The notes: generated by a model from the sequence alone, not told the origin. DNA of 57,812 nucleotides, filler included, from Squatina squatina (GCA_031763465.1; 4 parts of 4 records of this genome joined end to end with filler, not necessarily neighbours in it), one strand, 5' to 3'; shown: positions 24,731-37,702, counted from the first letter of the whole stretch. Numbers and translations are program-made.

Positions 24731-27700
24731 ATTTTTTAAAAAAAAAAGCAGATTCACTATTTTCTGAATAGATACTTCAAAAGTTATCAGTGGCTTCAGA
24801 GGGATGAACTGATGATTTTGATATTTTTTGAGGTGCATTGCTAGTTTTAAGTAGGAATAGTACAGTAGGGTGGTTGCAAGAAAAGGCACACTCCATAAGG
24901 GGCATGCAAATAGGTCATATCCCTCCAGGGCATTGCAACATAGGGTGAAGCAAGAGCCAACAAGGAATTGGTGGAACAGGAATTGCAGAGCCACTTGCTT
25001 TTGAGGAAAGGATTACTCTGCAGTCTAAGTATTCAAATGATTCTTTAACCATCTGACATCTTTACAGTTTTACCTTCTCTCCAGGTCAGCTGTAGCTAAC
25101 TTGGTTTCTAAGTGCACCCGGAAGGTCCAAAGCTACAGAAAAGAAACCCTGACCAAGCCCTCCAATTAGATTTTACTGCCTATGTTGCATATTTGTGAAA
25201 GTTTTTAGAAATTAGATGTACAAGATAGCACTTCTCACATTTTCGTGCCACTTTCCATTGAAGGAAAAGGCTGAAAACCTTCAATTAATTGTGTGAAATG
25301 CATGCTTGCTCGGAGTGAAAGAAAACTCGAATCCTGGAAAGAAATTGATTCATGCAAACTTTAAGTTTGGTGTTCTGTACACAGGCTCATAGCTTTTTGG
25401 TCTCAATTACTGTATCTTTACTGTGCATCAAATACAAGTACAGCAGTAGGCAGACTTGCTGGAAAGGCCTGGCCTGCAATCTGACTACGTGAAAGCAGCT
25501 GCATTATCTCAAACAGGCAGGCAGCCAGCTCTATGGCTTTTCTTGTGACGTAATGGAAAGTTGTGGCATTCTGCTTGTTTTATTATGTGTTCTGACAGAA
25601 ACTCTTGCCCACAAATATGGCCAAGGCTTCGAAAATGTAGTACAGCCATGGAGACGAGCAGTGGATTAAAAGCCAGGTGCTATTAACGAAGGCACTCACA
25701 CAAAAGTTGTGCAAACTTATAACTGACGGAGATAAAGTGTTTGCTTGTTAGAACAGTGATCTGCATTTGATTTATCACAAATGTATNNNNNNNNNNNNNN
25801 NNNNNNNNNNNNNNNNNNNNNNNNNNNNNNNNNNNNNNNNNNNNNNNNNNNNNNNNNNNNNNNNNNNNNNNNNNNNNNNNNNNNNNAGTTTATCCGCATC
25901 TTTCCCCTTCACTTTCCTACGATAGAACATGTCCTGCTCAGCAAGATCAATGACTGCCTTCTAAAAACAAGCAACATCTGTTCGGTTCAATATGGAAATA
26001 TTTTGGAGCTAGCTAAATGATGCAGATAATTGATGCGTACCACTTGAAGGTACTGGCCGGTATATTTTAAGTGTCTGATATCTTATACATGTTTCTATAA
26101 ATTCAGCTGTTTTTTTCCGCTGGTAAAGGGCAGTTCAATTTGTTTTTCTAACAGGACAGTGGTTTTGCACTGTGCCAGCACAACATGCAGCAGAGGATTA
26201 GTTTTGAGGTGCTTTACGAGCGATATGATCATTTGGAAATGCAATCTGTGGTGCAAGAGGGTTGATAGCAATAAACAGACAGATGTTGTTATGCCGTGTT
26301 ACCAAAGGTTACTAGCCTAATGTGTAGGAAATGACCTTGTCCCTTTCCAGCTCTCCCAGATCTGAAGAGATGAAAGGGTTCAGCTGAAGCAAGCCACTTC
26401 TATCTATTTCAATCTACATCTAGTTGACCTGTGCTTATTACATGGTTCGCAGAAGCCAGCTGTGCAGTGCGCAGGCTGTGAATTGAGTGCAAATTACAGA
26501 GGGAGTTTGGATAGTAGGGTTGGTGGTTAGGAACCAAAAAGTCAGGTGAGTCCAAACAGATATTGGGGAGGGGTGAGACAGTGTTTCCAGAGGTTGAGTT
26601 NNNNNNNNNNNNNNNNNNNNNNNNNNNNNNNNNNNNNNNNNNNNNNNNNNNNNNNNNNNNNNNNNNNNNNNNNNNNNNNNNNNNNNNNNNNNNNNNNNNN
26701 ATGCATCTGTTACAGTTCAGGCTTTTTCCCAATGTTTGCTCTTGTATTCAGAGTTAAATGATAACTTCCATAAGTAGATGTGCTCCTGAAAACCACAATT
26801 TTCATCTTTATCCTCTGTTGTGTATGGAATAACATGCCCAGCTTTAACAATTAATCCATTATTGTGGTAAACCACCGACTGGAGAATATATAGGGTACCC
26901 ATCACTTTTGAAGGGGGAAAATGACACATTCCCAGACCATTGCATACAGGCTAAAACTACTTGGTCAGGCTTATTTACAGATGAAATAACATACAGAAAC
27001 AAAAGGCATAGCAAACTAATACAGTCAGCACAATACTGATACAGGGAATCAGCCCTCAAAAGGTTAATGTACTCTTTTCAGAAAGTTGTTAAGTTGTTTC
27101 TTAGTCTCCAACCATTAATTTAACATCAGCTGAATTGGGTTCTCAATGTTGGCATTTGCCCCTTTCTTACAGACCGTGTTCCTCTGCTTTGAGCCTCGAT
27201 GAGAGGAGGACAGCTCCCATTTAAACTGTAATTGCTTTTAAAAAATGGTATGAAATAAGGTTAGGAGTTTCCCGATGTGTCCCAGCATCTTGATTTGAAT
27301 TATGCTGCAATGGGTACTTACCAAGTTGCCCTTCAACTTATGCAGTGAATAATGAGATAAGCCCATTCCTAATAGCACTGGGAGAAGGAGCGACAGTAAA
27401 TCCTCGCTCCGACTAGCCCCCACAGCCAACTGGGTCAGAGTTCTGAAAACACGGGGAGCAGCAAGTCTGCTGAGGGCCTGCTGCAGGGAGCAACCAGTCC
27501 CTTCCTCGCCTAACTGGCAGTGTGAAGCTGCACCTGCAGGCCATGGAGTGCTGCTGCCATGGGAGGTAAGCTCCAGCTCACGGCGCTGCTGGAATGGACT
27601 GCAGCACCTAAAAGGGGAAAGCAGAGCTCCTTCCTTTTAACGGTGAAATTGGTCGATCAGTAATGTATGGTCTTCGCTCTGCTTTCCAAAACGTTCTGTG

Positions 27701-27900
27701 CATCGGTTTTATGTACATAAATCCACAAAGGAAATTTCCCCTGAAGCACTGTGACTTATTTTGCACTTGTTTCCATCTTGACATCAGACCACACGGGCCT
27801 GTGCCTGAAAGTCTTTAGTCAGCTGCCGACTGTTGTATTTGATGTGAATTGTACAGGTCTTTCTGTTGCGGCACTGATGATGTATTCTTCTTCCCTGCAG

Positions 27901-28001
27901 AACGTGCACGCACACAAGCCTCACTTTATTGCGTTGCATTGCCAAGAAGTTGGAGGGAAGAACTATGAAGCCTCAATGTCTCATGTTGACAAGTTTGTGA
28001 A
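27901..28001 (+). CDS. INPP5A: INPP5A exon 3
   Basis: 101-nt exon, ccctgcag acceptor and gtaagt donor; NVHAHKPHFIALHCQEVGGKNYEASMSHVDKFVK versus recalled human VVHTHKPHFMALHCQEFGGKNYEASMSHVDKFVK. Confidence 0.95.
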
Positions 28002-30522
28002 GTAAGTACCGCGTATAATTGACTCTNNNNNNNNNNNNNNNNNNNNNNNNNNNNNNNNNNNNNNNNNNNNNNNNNNNNNNNNNNNNNNNNNNNNNNNNNN
28101 NNNNNNNNNNNNNNNNNNNNNNNNNNGACAGGTCTGATAAACTGGATGAGCTGAGATTGGTTTACTAAGGGCATCAGGCGCTTCATGATGGGCTAAATCA
28201 TTCCTGTCTGGCTCCATGTCTGGGTAATGATGTGATTCCAGCGCGGCTGCACCTACATCACCTACTGTACATTATGATGTGCTGCAGTCAACTGGCAGGG
28301 TCTGTAGTGAAGGTGAAACTGTCATATCGATCTTTTTAGCGCTAAAATATGAGCCACTTTACTTTGCTCCTGAAGCTGTGATGTGAAAAATAATAACTTG
28401 AACCCAAATTAAAAATATTGATCATTTGATGTGTTGAGAGTAAATAAACACCTACAGAAGTTTCAGGTCATTGCAGGAATCTTGTTTAACAATAAATAAA
28501 GCAGCATGTCAGGATTTGGGGGAGGGCGGTGCGTCTGTTTTTTTTCCCCTTGCAAATTGATTTCTCATCATTTACATCCCATAATGTTGCAGACAACATT
28601 TTTAGTCCTTAATTGCACAATCTTCTTGATATTTCGGCAAATCATCTCTCTCGAGTCGATGAGTTGTTGTTAATCCACTTGTGCATTGATTGATTGATTC
28701 TGTACTCAATAAACTTGCATTGCTTCACTTTATTTAGAGCTTCCATCATAATTTTTTGTACATTTAAGCTTGACTTTTTTATTTCCCATGTAACAGATGA
28801 GATGACATTACTCTATTAAACACAAAGCAAACAATTGCCACACAATTTGCCTTCTTGTTGTTTCCGTGCATTTTAAATAGGTTAAGGCATTTTCTGTAGA
28901 AAAGTCAGCAGGACTTCCCAGAATTACTATTCCAGTTTAACGTTGGACAAAGAGAACAAACAGGTGGCTTAGTGATGTAATTCATTGTTAGAAGCAGTAA
29001 AAATTATTTACTGTAAAAGTTTTGCCATCAGAAAACAATATTTTTTTAGATTCATTTTCCAAATGAAAACAGATTTTCAATAATATTATGATTTTCCAAA
29101 ATGATGTTTTGAAACTGATGTGTAAGTGAATTGATCACTTTCCTACTTCCCAAAACATTACTTATGTCAGCATAGGAAAGATTGTTGATAACTTACTTAA
29201 TTGAATTAGTCAACAGGTATTTTCTAAGTCTCATTGTTCTTCATAGGATCTTGCTGCATGCAATAGGGCTGACTCATAACTTTAGACCTACACTGTACTT
29301 CAAAGTAGTTATAAGGAGGATGCTTGGACATTTCTGAGAGATGTGATTAAGCAATAAATTGGAGGCTGGGACACCCTTGGACAGCTGATTAAAGAGCGCC
29401 ATTGGTAGATGACCATAGCAGCATGATCCTGTCCCACCACCAAGCCCTTCCGAATTCGCTCGGATAATTTCTCTCACTCCTTCTCCTCTTTTCCTGTCCC
29501 CATGAATTACACACATTTNNNNNNNNNNNNNNNNNNNNNNNNNNNNNNNNNNNNNNNNNNNNNNNNNNNNNNNNNNNNNNNNNNNNNNNNNNNNNNNNNN
29601 NNNNNNNNNNNNNNNNNNCGAATAGGCAACAATGGTTAAACAGGAAACCAAACAGGAATGTTGGGAGGGTCACTAAGAGCCAGCTATCTGGGTTACGCAT
29701 TGTAAGCATATTGGCTTATTTGGCATGTTGTGCTTTTTCTGTTTCTCTGTATTTTGTTTTATGCTCTACATACATTTTAACCTGGCTGTTTACAATATGA
29801 TATTCAGTTGCTAAAAGTTAAGACGCTAGGAGGTGACTGAAGGGGTACCTTGCTTCTTTCACCTGTGGCACCTCAGTTGAATCATTGTTCGAATGTAGTT
29901 AAAGGCCCATGCTGTAGCTCCTCTCTTACCAGACTCATTAATAGATTCCATTGCTGCATTGATGTCTTTCGACCTTTAAGCTGCATGTATAGATCATTTG
30001 GGTCACAACTGTACTTGGATATTGCCATTTATTTGTAAATTGTCGTGCAGGAAAAATAAACCCTAAACAGATTGGGAACTGGTGCCCTAGTCCCAGGGTA
30101 TCTTTGAAGTGTCCTTATGGGAACACACAATCTCCTGCCAGTGAGGAAACACAGCAACTTCCACCCCCTGCAGAGTGCAAACAGTGAGTCTACTGTGATG
30201 CCTTTAGTGGTCGTAGATCTGTAAGCCAAATAAAAAATAAAAGGACTCCTTTTGTGTTTTGAAGTCTTCAAATCTTTTGCTGTTTTAAAGACCATGGCAG
30301 CTTCTTCCCCTGCCCACCAACCCCCGACCACTATACACAGCCACTGTAAATGCAAAAAGTTTGCCCTGTGATCGATTTGAATTTCCATTCTCTTTACACA
30401 AAGCCCAACTAAATTGTGCATCAATCTTCCCCTCCCCGGCACCACAGTATTTTAAGCTACAGTGCTCCGACTTCGTAGACTGCCTAAAAATATACTGAAC
30501 TCTTAAAATGCAATGGTTTTGT

Positions 30523-30622
30523 NNNNNNNNNNNNNNNNNNNNNNNNNNNNNNNNNNNNNNNNNNNNTTAATTAATTAANNNNNNNNNNNNNNNNNNNNNN
30601 NNNNNNNNNNNNNNNNNNNNNN
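30523..30622. other. Artificial scaffold linker
   Basis: TTAATTAATTAA at 30567-30578 centred in a 100-nt N spacer. Confidence 0.97.
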
Positions 30623-31010
30623 ACTCTTAAGCTGCAGTGTGACCACCTCACTAAACGCGCTATCCATGAAGATCTCAGCCTCGCAAATGCACCACAGTGA
30701 CTCCAGCCGCCGCTCTAGCTCTGAAACTCGAAGTTCAAGTTGCTGTAGCTGGAGACGCTTCCCGCGCACTGGTAGCGTCCACAACTTCCGACATGGCACA
30801 GGATGTGCATTTCACGTGGATGAGCTGCCCTGCCATGTCTTAACTTTACTCTACAGACTATCTACAATAAACTAGAGATTAGCAAGTAGAAAGACTCACC
30901 CAGCTACTCACCAATCAGCTCCTTCCCCTGTACCGACGTCACTTTTTGATTCCTGATGTCACGAATTGAATTCTGCCTGTGCCCAGCTCTCGCTGTGCTC
31001 CTTATAAATC
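30623..31010 (-). mobile_element. CR1 LINE 5' end: 5' UTR and frameshifted ORF1 N-terminus
   Basis: ATG at 30836 gives MAGQLIHVKCTSCAM (CxxC), then after a frameshift KRLQLQQLELRVSELERRLESLWCI, the zinc-finger/leucine-zipper start typical of CR1 ORF1. Confidence 0.75.
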
Positions 31011-31594
31011 CTTCCTTCTTTAAGGAATTTAAGCAATGTTTACCTTTATTTTCTATTATCATCTTCTGCTTACCTCATGCCTAAATGCTTTGGCTTGTTC
31101 TTCACAACCCGGCAAACTCAGTATAAATTCAGATACCTACAAATAATACCAGAGACACATTACTTTCATAATAAATAGCAAACAGAGATTACTGAACTTT
31201 AACAATTAGGGCATAAATATTCAACTAACTACAAAATATTCAGTATCGACCATTCTGACTATTATTATTTACTAGCAGATCTCCCGTGAACCTGCTGATG
31301 GTGAGTCAGAGAATACACGGCTTCATGACAGCCTAGGATTGCTGTCAGCAAAGTATGATGAACAGCGATGGGCAAAGTGCAATTGGAAGTAATTGTCGAC
31401 ACCGATAGGAAGCGCACACTGTAGACTTAGTGGCCCCAAATTGTCTATCGCCCCGGTTGGAGGTGGTAACCTTTGAGGTCAGATATTCTGTGCCNNNNNN
31501 NNNNNNNNNNNNNNNNNNNNNNNNNNNNNNNNNNNNNNNNNNNNNNNNNNNNNNNNNNNNNNNNNNNNNNNNNNNNNNNNNNNNNNNNNNNNNN

Positions 31595-31830
31595 CTTGAA
31601 GGGGAAAAATTTGCAGGGCTACAGGGAAAGGACAAGGGAGTGGGACTTTTACAAAATTTGTTCATGGGATGTGGGCGTCGCTGGCAAGGCCGGCATTTAT
31701 TACCCATCCCAAGTTGCCCTCGAGAAGGTGGTGGTGAACCGCCTTCTTGAACTGCTGCAGTCCATGAGGACTAATTGGATAGCTCTTTCAAAGAATGGGC
31801 TCCTTCTGTGCTGCATCATTCTACGAAGGA
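31595..31830 (+). mobile_element. CR1 3' end interrupted by an inverted 120-nt retroelement tail
   Basis: Host reads gggagtgggact / aattggatagctctttcaaaga...ctccttctgtgctg; insert 31648-31767 is flanked by GGACT on both sides. Confidence 0.7.
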
Positions 31831-32319
31831 ATAAGAGGAGAGAGAAGCAGAATTGATACAGGAATGTGAAGTGATAGTGGTGAGAAAGCTATTAAAGACA
31901 AAGGAAAAGCAACCAAGGTATTAGAGCTGAGAGAAATCCAGTACTGGAGCAGAAAGCAGCAGGAGTAATGGAGGAAGAGAATCAGCCAGGGCTCCCCCCG
32001 ACCCCCCGCCCACTCCTGATCACAATCCTCGGATTCCTGCTGCAGAGTGAGTCTGTGCTCAGTTGTGATGCCGGCCACAGTTGAATAGTCAGTTCAGGCT
32101 CATTATCAAGCCTCACAGGTGAGGAATGGCCACATCAGTGAGGTAAGTGAGGGAGACGAGTGCTGTGGAACTTTATCCCAACCAGGAGTCGCTTGTTTAG
32201 GAGAAAATAATACAAGCAGCACAATTGTGGTGAAGATTTCAGTAACACCTGATCGGTACGTAACACCCAACAACATTAGCTGGGTATTCACATTGCCAGC
32301 AGCCCAAAAGTCTGAAACC

Positions 32320-33038
32320 TGTTTAAAAGTGCCAGAATACCCACCCCTGCAAACCGTGAACTTTACCTAGCTTGCTTCCAGGGGAGTAGCCATACTCCAA
32401 CTCATCCTCCCGAAATCAGTCGCACACAGCGGAATTCGCTGTTTTGCAGCGGTAGCGAAGCACAGCGATGTCGGCCTCGCTCCCGGGGTGGAACTGGGGC
32501 AGCCGGCCGGGGACGCCACGGGCGTGGTGCCCGCTCGATGTTAGCGGTGTCAGTGTGCCGCTTCTGCCTCGCAGCGTGCTGACATCACGCGCAGCGCTCG
32601 GCCTCCCTTAAGCGGGAGGGCCGCCAGCCATCCTGATGGCCCGCCAAGGGGCCGCCAGGGACACCAGCGACGCCGCCAGGGACACCAGCGACCAGGCCAC
32701 CAGCCCAGTCGGCGTGCCAAGTAAGGGGATGGTGGGCCGATCTGGCGCTGCGACCAGCCAGTGCCGCGGCCGCGTCCCGCGGGTGAATCCCACCTGCGGG
32801 ATGCAAACGGGCCGCAAAGGTGGTCGCGGCTGTACGATAAGGGTCGGCGCACCTTCTAATGATGTCGCGCGCCGACCCGCCATATAATTCCCTGGGCAAG
32901 TCGCAAAGACCTTTGCGCCCCGGGGGAATTCCCCAGGAGACGAGATGACCGCCTCCCAGCCCCATTTTGTCCTGTTACGCCCCATTACCATCCCTCAGAG
33001 CCGCTAACGGGACGCAACAGTAGATGAATTTCTAGCCC
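32320..33038. mobile_element. Very GC/CpG-rich non-autonomous DNA transposon-like element
   Basis: Abrupt GC rise ending at gaatttctagccc (33026-33038), matching other termini; overlapping ORFs have no recognisable product. Left boundary uncertain. Confidence 0.6.
32651..32692. repeat. Perfect 21-bp tandem duplication
   Basis: gccgccagggacaccagcgac twice. Confidence 0.95.
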
Positions 33039-33441
33039 TGTGTGTTGTGAATAGTTTAGGTAGTTCGAAACACGATTTTCATGTCCCAGCAGGTGGGTTG
33101 GGTTACAATTGAGGCTCTAGTACTTTGTAAATGTAGACAGTAAATTCCCACTTTGACAAGGAGTTAAGCTGAAGGGAAAAAGGGCTTGTCTGGTACTCTT
33201 GATTACTATTTCTATCAATTTATCCATCCCATTGTTCTTACAAGACATCCCATAGTGTTGCTTAGGGTTAGTAGGAGGGCTAACATTTGTATAACAATGG
33301 GGTATTCGCAACAAACTGTGAGGGGAAAGTGTCATAGGGATAAGTGTGATATCTACATCAAGTGTACATTGCATGCAAGACTTTTAATATCAATAGATGG
33401 TGTGTAATTTTGTAAAAAAGGTTAATTGCTTTCTTCTATAC

Positions 33442-33614
33442 CTCATCNNNNNNNNNNATAGGCCATTTTGCTACTGTTCTGGCAGTGATTCCAGCAACTC
33501 CGGGTAATAGCTTGCTGTGTTGTTCCCAACAGAGAGGCAGACTGGGCACTGGAGATGCTGAAGACATAAACACTGACTGGTGCAATGCCTGCTGCAGGTT
33601 GAAATCATCATTTT
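33442..33614 (-). CDS. L3MBTL3: L3MBTL3 exon leading into the SAM domain (contains a 10-N gap)
   Basis: ccacag acceptor, gtatag donor; LQQALHQSVFMSSASPVPSLPLCWEQHSKLLPGVAGITARTVAKWP[gap]DE versus recalled human PIPCLPLRWEQQSKLLPTVAGIPASKVSKWSTDE. Confidence 0.88.
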
Positions 33615-34960
33615 CTGTGGAGAGGGTACATTGTGTTAGAATGTTAACAGATTCACGTTGAAAATGACAGTCAACAAAACATCTCTCCAAATTTTGCTTT
33701 TATAAAAAGGGGTCACAGTCTATAATCTCNNNNNNNNNNNNNNNNNNNNNNNNNNNNNNNNNNNNNNNNNNNNNNNNNNNNNNNNNNNNNNNNNNNNNNN
33801 NNNNNNNNNNNNNNNNNNNNNNNNNNNNNAGATCCCTTATAGATGCCTCAGATTGAGGCCATCATATTAAGGGAAACAGAGGCAACAGAGCCGACTTAGT
33901 CTTTGTGCCATCGTTTTTTTTTTTGAGGTCAGCTGTGAGCAGAGTCTCTTTGCTACTGACTGCAAAATCCGGGCCATTAACTACAAAATAGGTGAAGAAT
34001 CTGATCATTGAACAGACAATACCGGAGGTTTTGTCCTCCAATAACACTGCTCTTTGGAAACAGAATTGTCACAAGATCAATATGCCCTATTGTGCCTACT
34101 TTCCTATAATAAACAGTCAAAGCTTAAACACAGAAACAAAACACGACAGTGCCCTCTTATTAATAACTGCAAGAGCACTTTAAAAATCATTGACAATAAT
34201 ATACAGGATGTATTTTGTAACTGTTACATTTGGGATAGGAATGCTTGCAGCGGAAAGCAATAAAATCAATCATTTACAACATTTTATTAGCTTTCTAATA
34301 CTTTTTTGCACAGCTATTAGAAAGGAAAACAAGGATAGATACTTCTAAAGTTTTTTGTTAAAAATTACGTTAAGGATTCAATGTTGCTTGTAGTTTTTGT
34401 TGCACTTTACAGGTGAGTGAGATTTTTTTCCATTTTAGTCAGTTGTCCTTTAGCAGTATAACAGCAGAAAATGATTGAGTAAGTGTTGCTAATTTTTTTT
34501 GACAGCAAAGCCGAAAAGCGTGTGTCTAGTTGTATATCAATGGTGCTTTTTCCTGCAAAAAAATAATTCCCTAGGTTCTTTCATTTTGCTTCGGTGGTTT
34601 CAGAAACAGGCACAGACTTGTACAAATAAGCAAACTATATGTCTTGGTAACCATAAACAATTATGCTTCGTTAAACAATATTCAGTGTCTGCTGCAATTA
34701 ATTTAATCAAGTATTTCCAAAATGCACAGAGAACTAAAATGCTGTTTTTAAATTTAGTTATCCTTTTAACATGCATTAATTCCTTGAAGGTGCATGAGAT
34801 AACGAATCAGGCATTCTGTTTCATATTATATAAGTCTTTCAACCAGTAAGAATATATTTTNNNNNNNNNNNNNNNNNNNNNNNNNNNNNNNNNNNNNNNN
34901 NNNNNNNNNNNNNNNNNNNNNNNNNNNNNNNNNNNNNNNNNNNNNNNNNNNNNNNNNNNN

Positions 34961-35310
34961 GCCAGCGCCCCGGGCCGCCATTTTTTTTGCCTGCTGACTC
35001 TTAGGTTGGCTCAACGATGACGGCCCTAGTATGGTCCGGGCCACCAGCATGCATCCCGGCACTCTGTCATGCTGCCCTGGTTGCCTCGTGGAGGCCATCA
35101 GAGGCCTTGCGAAGTGTGCAGCAGTCCTCCCTTTTAATCGAAGGGGAGGGGTATTGAAGCGTGTCAGCACCACACATAGCGCTTCCTTCGGCGCATCAGT
35201 GACCTCTCCCAAAGGAAGTGGAGCCTGCAAGATTACGCTCCTCCGGGCGTTAAAAGTCCCCGCCCCTGAAGGTTACCGCCCCCAATTGGATGCATGGCAA
35301 TTTCACCCCC
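34961..35310. mobile_element. GC-rich MITE-like end
   Basis: Starts at a gap and ends caatttcaccccc, the shared terminus type. Confidence 0.55.
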
Positions 35311-35616
35311 TGAAATTCAGCTGTGAGGAAAATCACAAAGCCCTGACCCATCACATTTCCCTGCTGTTCTTTAGTGTTCCACGCTAAGCATGAAAGACTT
35401 TTCACTGCACACTCAGGCTTGTCGGGCATTAAACAGTCGAGTTAAACTTTTATTGGAAAGAGAAGTAAATGTAAATATTTGTTTAGGGTTACCTTTGTAA
35501 GATACTTAAAGTCAATAACAAACTTTCCCCCATGTTTAATAATAATTTTAACGATCCTTAAAAAAAGACTTGCAAACGGTCACACAAAAACATGTCTGAA
35601 TTGGTTTGGAACCTAC

Positions 35617-35752
35617 CTTTGGGAGGGTTAAGCTTATGTCCAGTTTTCTCACACCATCCCACAGGGTGAATATCTGAGGAGTCTGCATTTACCCAGAAGT
35701 CATAGCAATCAGAATATTTGTCAAAGTGGAGCCTTGTTCTGTAACCACACAC
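35617..35752 (-). CDS. L3MBTL3: L3MBTL3 exon, MBT repeat
   Basis: 136-nt exon, ttacag acceptor and gtaggt donor; VCGYRTRLHFDKYSDCYDFWVNADSSDIHPVGWCEKTGHKLNPPKG versus recalled human VCGYRIKLHFDGYSDCYDFWVNADALDIHPVGWCEKTGHKLHPPKG. Confidence 0.93.
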
Positions 35753-36399
35753 CTGTAATTATTTGTAAATCACACATTAAGTATAATCAGAAATTTACCA
35801 TTTAAACTATACTTTAAACTGAAATTACACCAAAGGAAATTGCGCAATCAAGTGGGTGGGGAAGGATGGGGAAAGAAACTTGGAATGGAACCCAGTTCCA
35901 TCAGGTCTCCGCCCCTTTTTTCCTAAGTTGCGAAATTCCATTTAGAGCGGGTCAGGTACTTCTGGAATCCGCAACCCCAGCCATTGATGTCATCCTACCA
36001 GTTCCACTTTCTTTTCTGACATCACCCACCAGAAATCCCAACAGCCCCTAAAGCAAAGTACGCCTTCATGATATCGGCATAGTTTGCTTACCGGCATCAA
36101 ATACACGGGTTCACATTGCCAGTTTCTGATTGTAAATCAATCTGAGAAAAGATAGTGGCAACATAAGAAGGATTCTTCTTTACAAAAGTTCACTTGGTGC
36201 TAGAAGCACAAGAGAGGCAGGCTTTTTTGGCAACAAGACCCTTCCCTCACTACATTCAATCTTAGCCCAGCTCTACCTCAGACCCAGACCTGGGACCTTG
36301 CTTTAATCCTGTTACCCGTCACAAACTCAGTGCCAGGCCAGTTTGGATACATTTCAACTTCAGCTTGCTGGCTCCAAACTCAGCAGCTGTCTTCACCAA

Positions 36400-36620
36400 T
36401 TCAAAATCAGGTCCAGACTAGCAGTGTGGAAAAAGTCCTGGTTTAATCCCGAATGCCTGGCTCTAATTTTCAGGTCATGCCCTCTTTTTCTTGATTCTCT
36501 ATCTACCCTATCAAATTGTTTTATCATTTTAAACATCTGGTGTTTGAGGAGTGATCTAAACAAGCCAAATTTATGCAACCTGTCCTCATAAATTAAACCT
36601 TTAAACTGTGGTATCATTCA
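36400..36620 (-). mobile_element. CR1 ORF2 C-terminal fragment
   Basis: MIPQFKGLIYEDRLHKFGLF...FKMIKQFDRVD...RGHDLK. Confidence 0.8.
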
Positions 36621-36834
36621 AATCGGTCAAAAAAAATCTACTCCCATTCACGTCAGTAAGGTCTTACTGTAGTTTAAATAATTTGTTCCTTTGTTTTTGT
36701 GAATAAAAGTCACGTGCAAAGATCAAGTATTTTCATACAAAAAAGTAAGTTACTTCTGCATTAATTTGTCTTTGCTGTTTTCGCAGAAAAGTATTTGGTT
36801 TAAATTTAAATAAGTTTTGTAACTTAATAAGTTA

Positions 36835-37000
36835 GGAAGATAGCAACAGGGATAGGCCATTCAGCCCCTCAAGCCGGTTCTGTCAATCAATTAGATCATT
36901 GCTGATTTATATCTTAATTTACCCACCTTGGTTTCGTAAACCTTAAAATCCTTGACTATCAGAAACCCATCAACCTCAGTTTTGACATTTTTGATTGACC
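36835..37000 (-). mobile_element. CR1 3' end
   Basis: taggccattcagcccctcaagcc...ttagatcat... matches the start of the copy at 47750; runs into a gap. Confidence 0.75.
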
Positions 37001-37258
37001 NNNNNNNNNNNNNNNNNNNNNNNNNNNNNNNNNNNNNNNNNNNNNNNNNNNNNNNNNNNNNNNNNNNNNNNNNNNNNNNNNNNNNNNNNNNNNNNNNNNN
37101 AGCCAGTGACGAAAGCCTTCACTTTGCTGCTGATCGCAAATTCCGGGCCAATATTATTTAGTTTAGAAACACAATTCAAGAGATCTTGTAAAATGTTTAT
37201 ACACGCACACCACACAAAAGAAAATACCATGAAAAACATCCCAAAATGCTACACTGAC

Positions 37259-37370
37259 CTTCTTGTGCAGTGGGCACACTCCATGTTGTTGTTGCAGTCG
37301 CCTTCTTTATCCTTTCTACCTCTGTTTCATCTGTGATGATCTCTAAAGTACCAAATTCGTTTATTCTGAA
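37259..37370 (-). CDS. L3MBTL3: L3MBTL3 second coding exon
   Basis: 112-nt exon, cttcag acceptor and gtcagt donor; FRINEFGTLEIITDETEVERIKKATATTTWSVPTAQE versus recalled human FRVNEFGALEVITDENEMENVKKATATTTWMVPTAQE. Confidence 0.93.
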
Positions 37371-37702
37371 CTGAAGCCAAAGAAAATGTAATAATTTGAG
37401 ATCATTAATACCATACCCAAACTACATAGTATTTTTCTGGATTGATAATAACCTTGTTCAGCATGACAAATCATAGCCGTTTGTGTGGCTAACCACCAAT
37501 ATACATCAGCAGTGGATGTGATGAAATAAGAGAACAACCAGTCATAAGCTTGTGCAATCTTTCTACAAAAGTTATATAATATATATCCACACGCTTTGTA
37601 GCGAATGCATCATTTCCTAATTTGCTTCAAAAAACACAATTCAGTTCACTAATTTTAATATTAATTTTGGCTAAAATTAGATGATAATTGTTCAAATTTT
37701 AC

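Noticed and set aside
32550-32991. Four overlapping ORFs in GC-rich DNA, possibly a foreign gene
   Set aside because: Stop-poor because of composition, no recognisable domain, and bounded by a terminus shared with host repeats.
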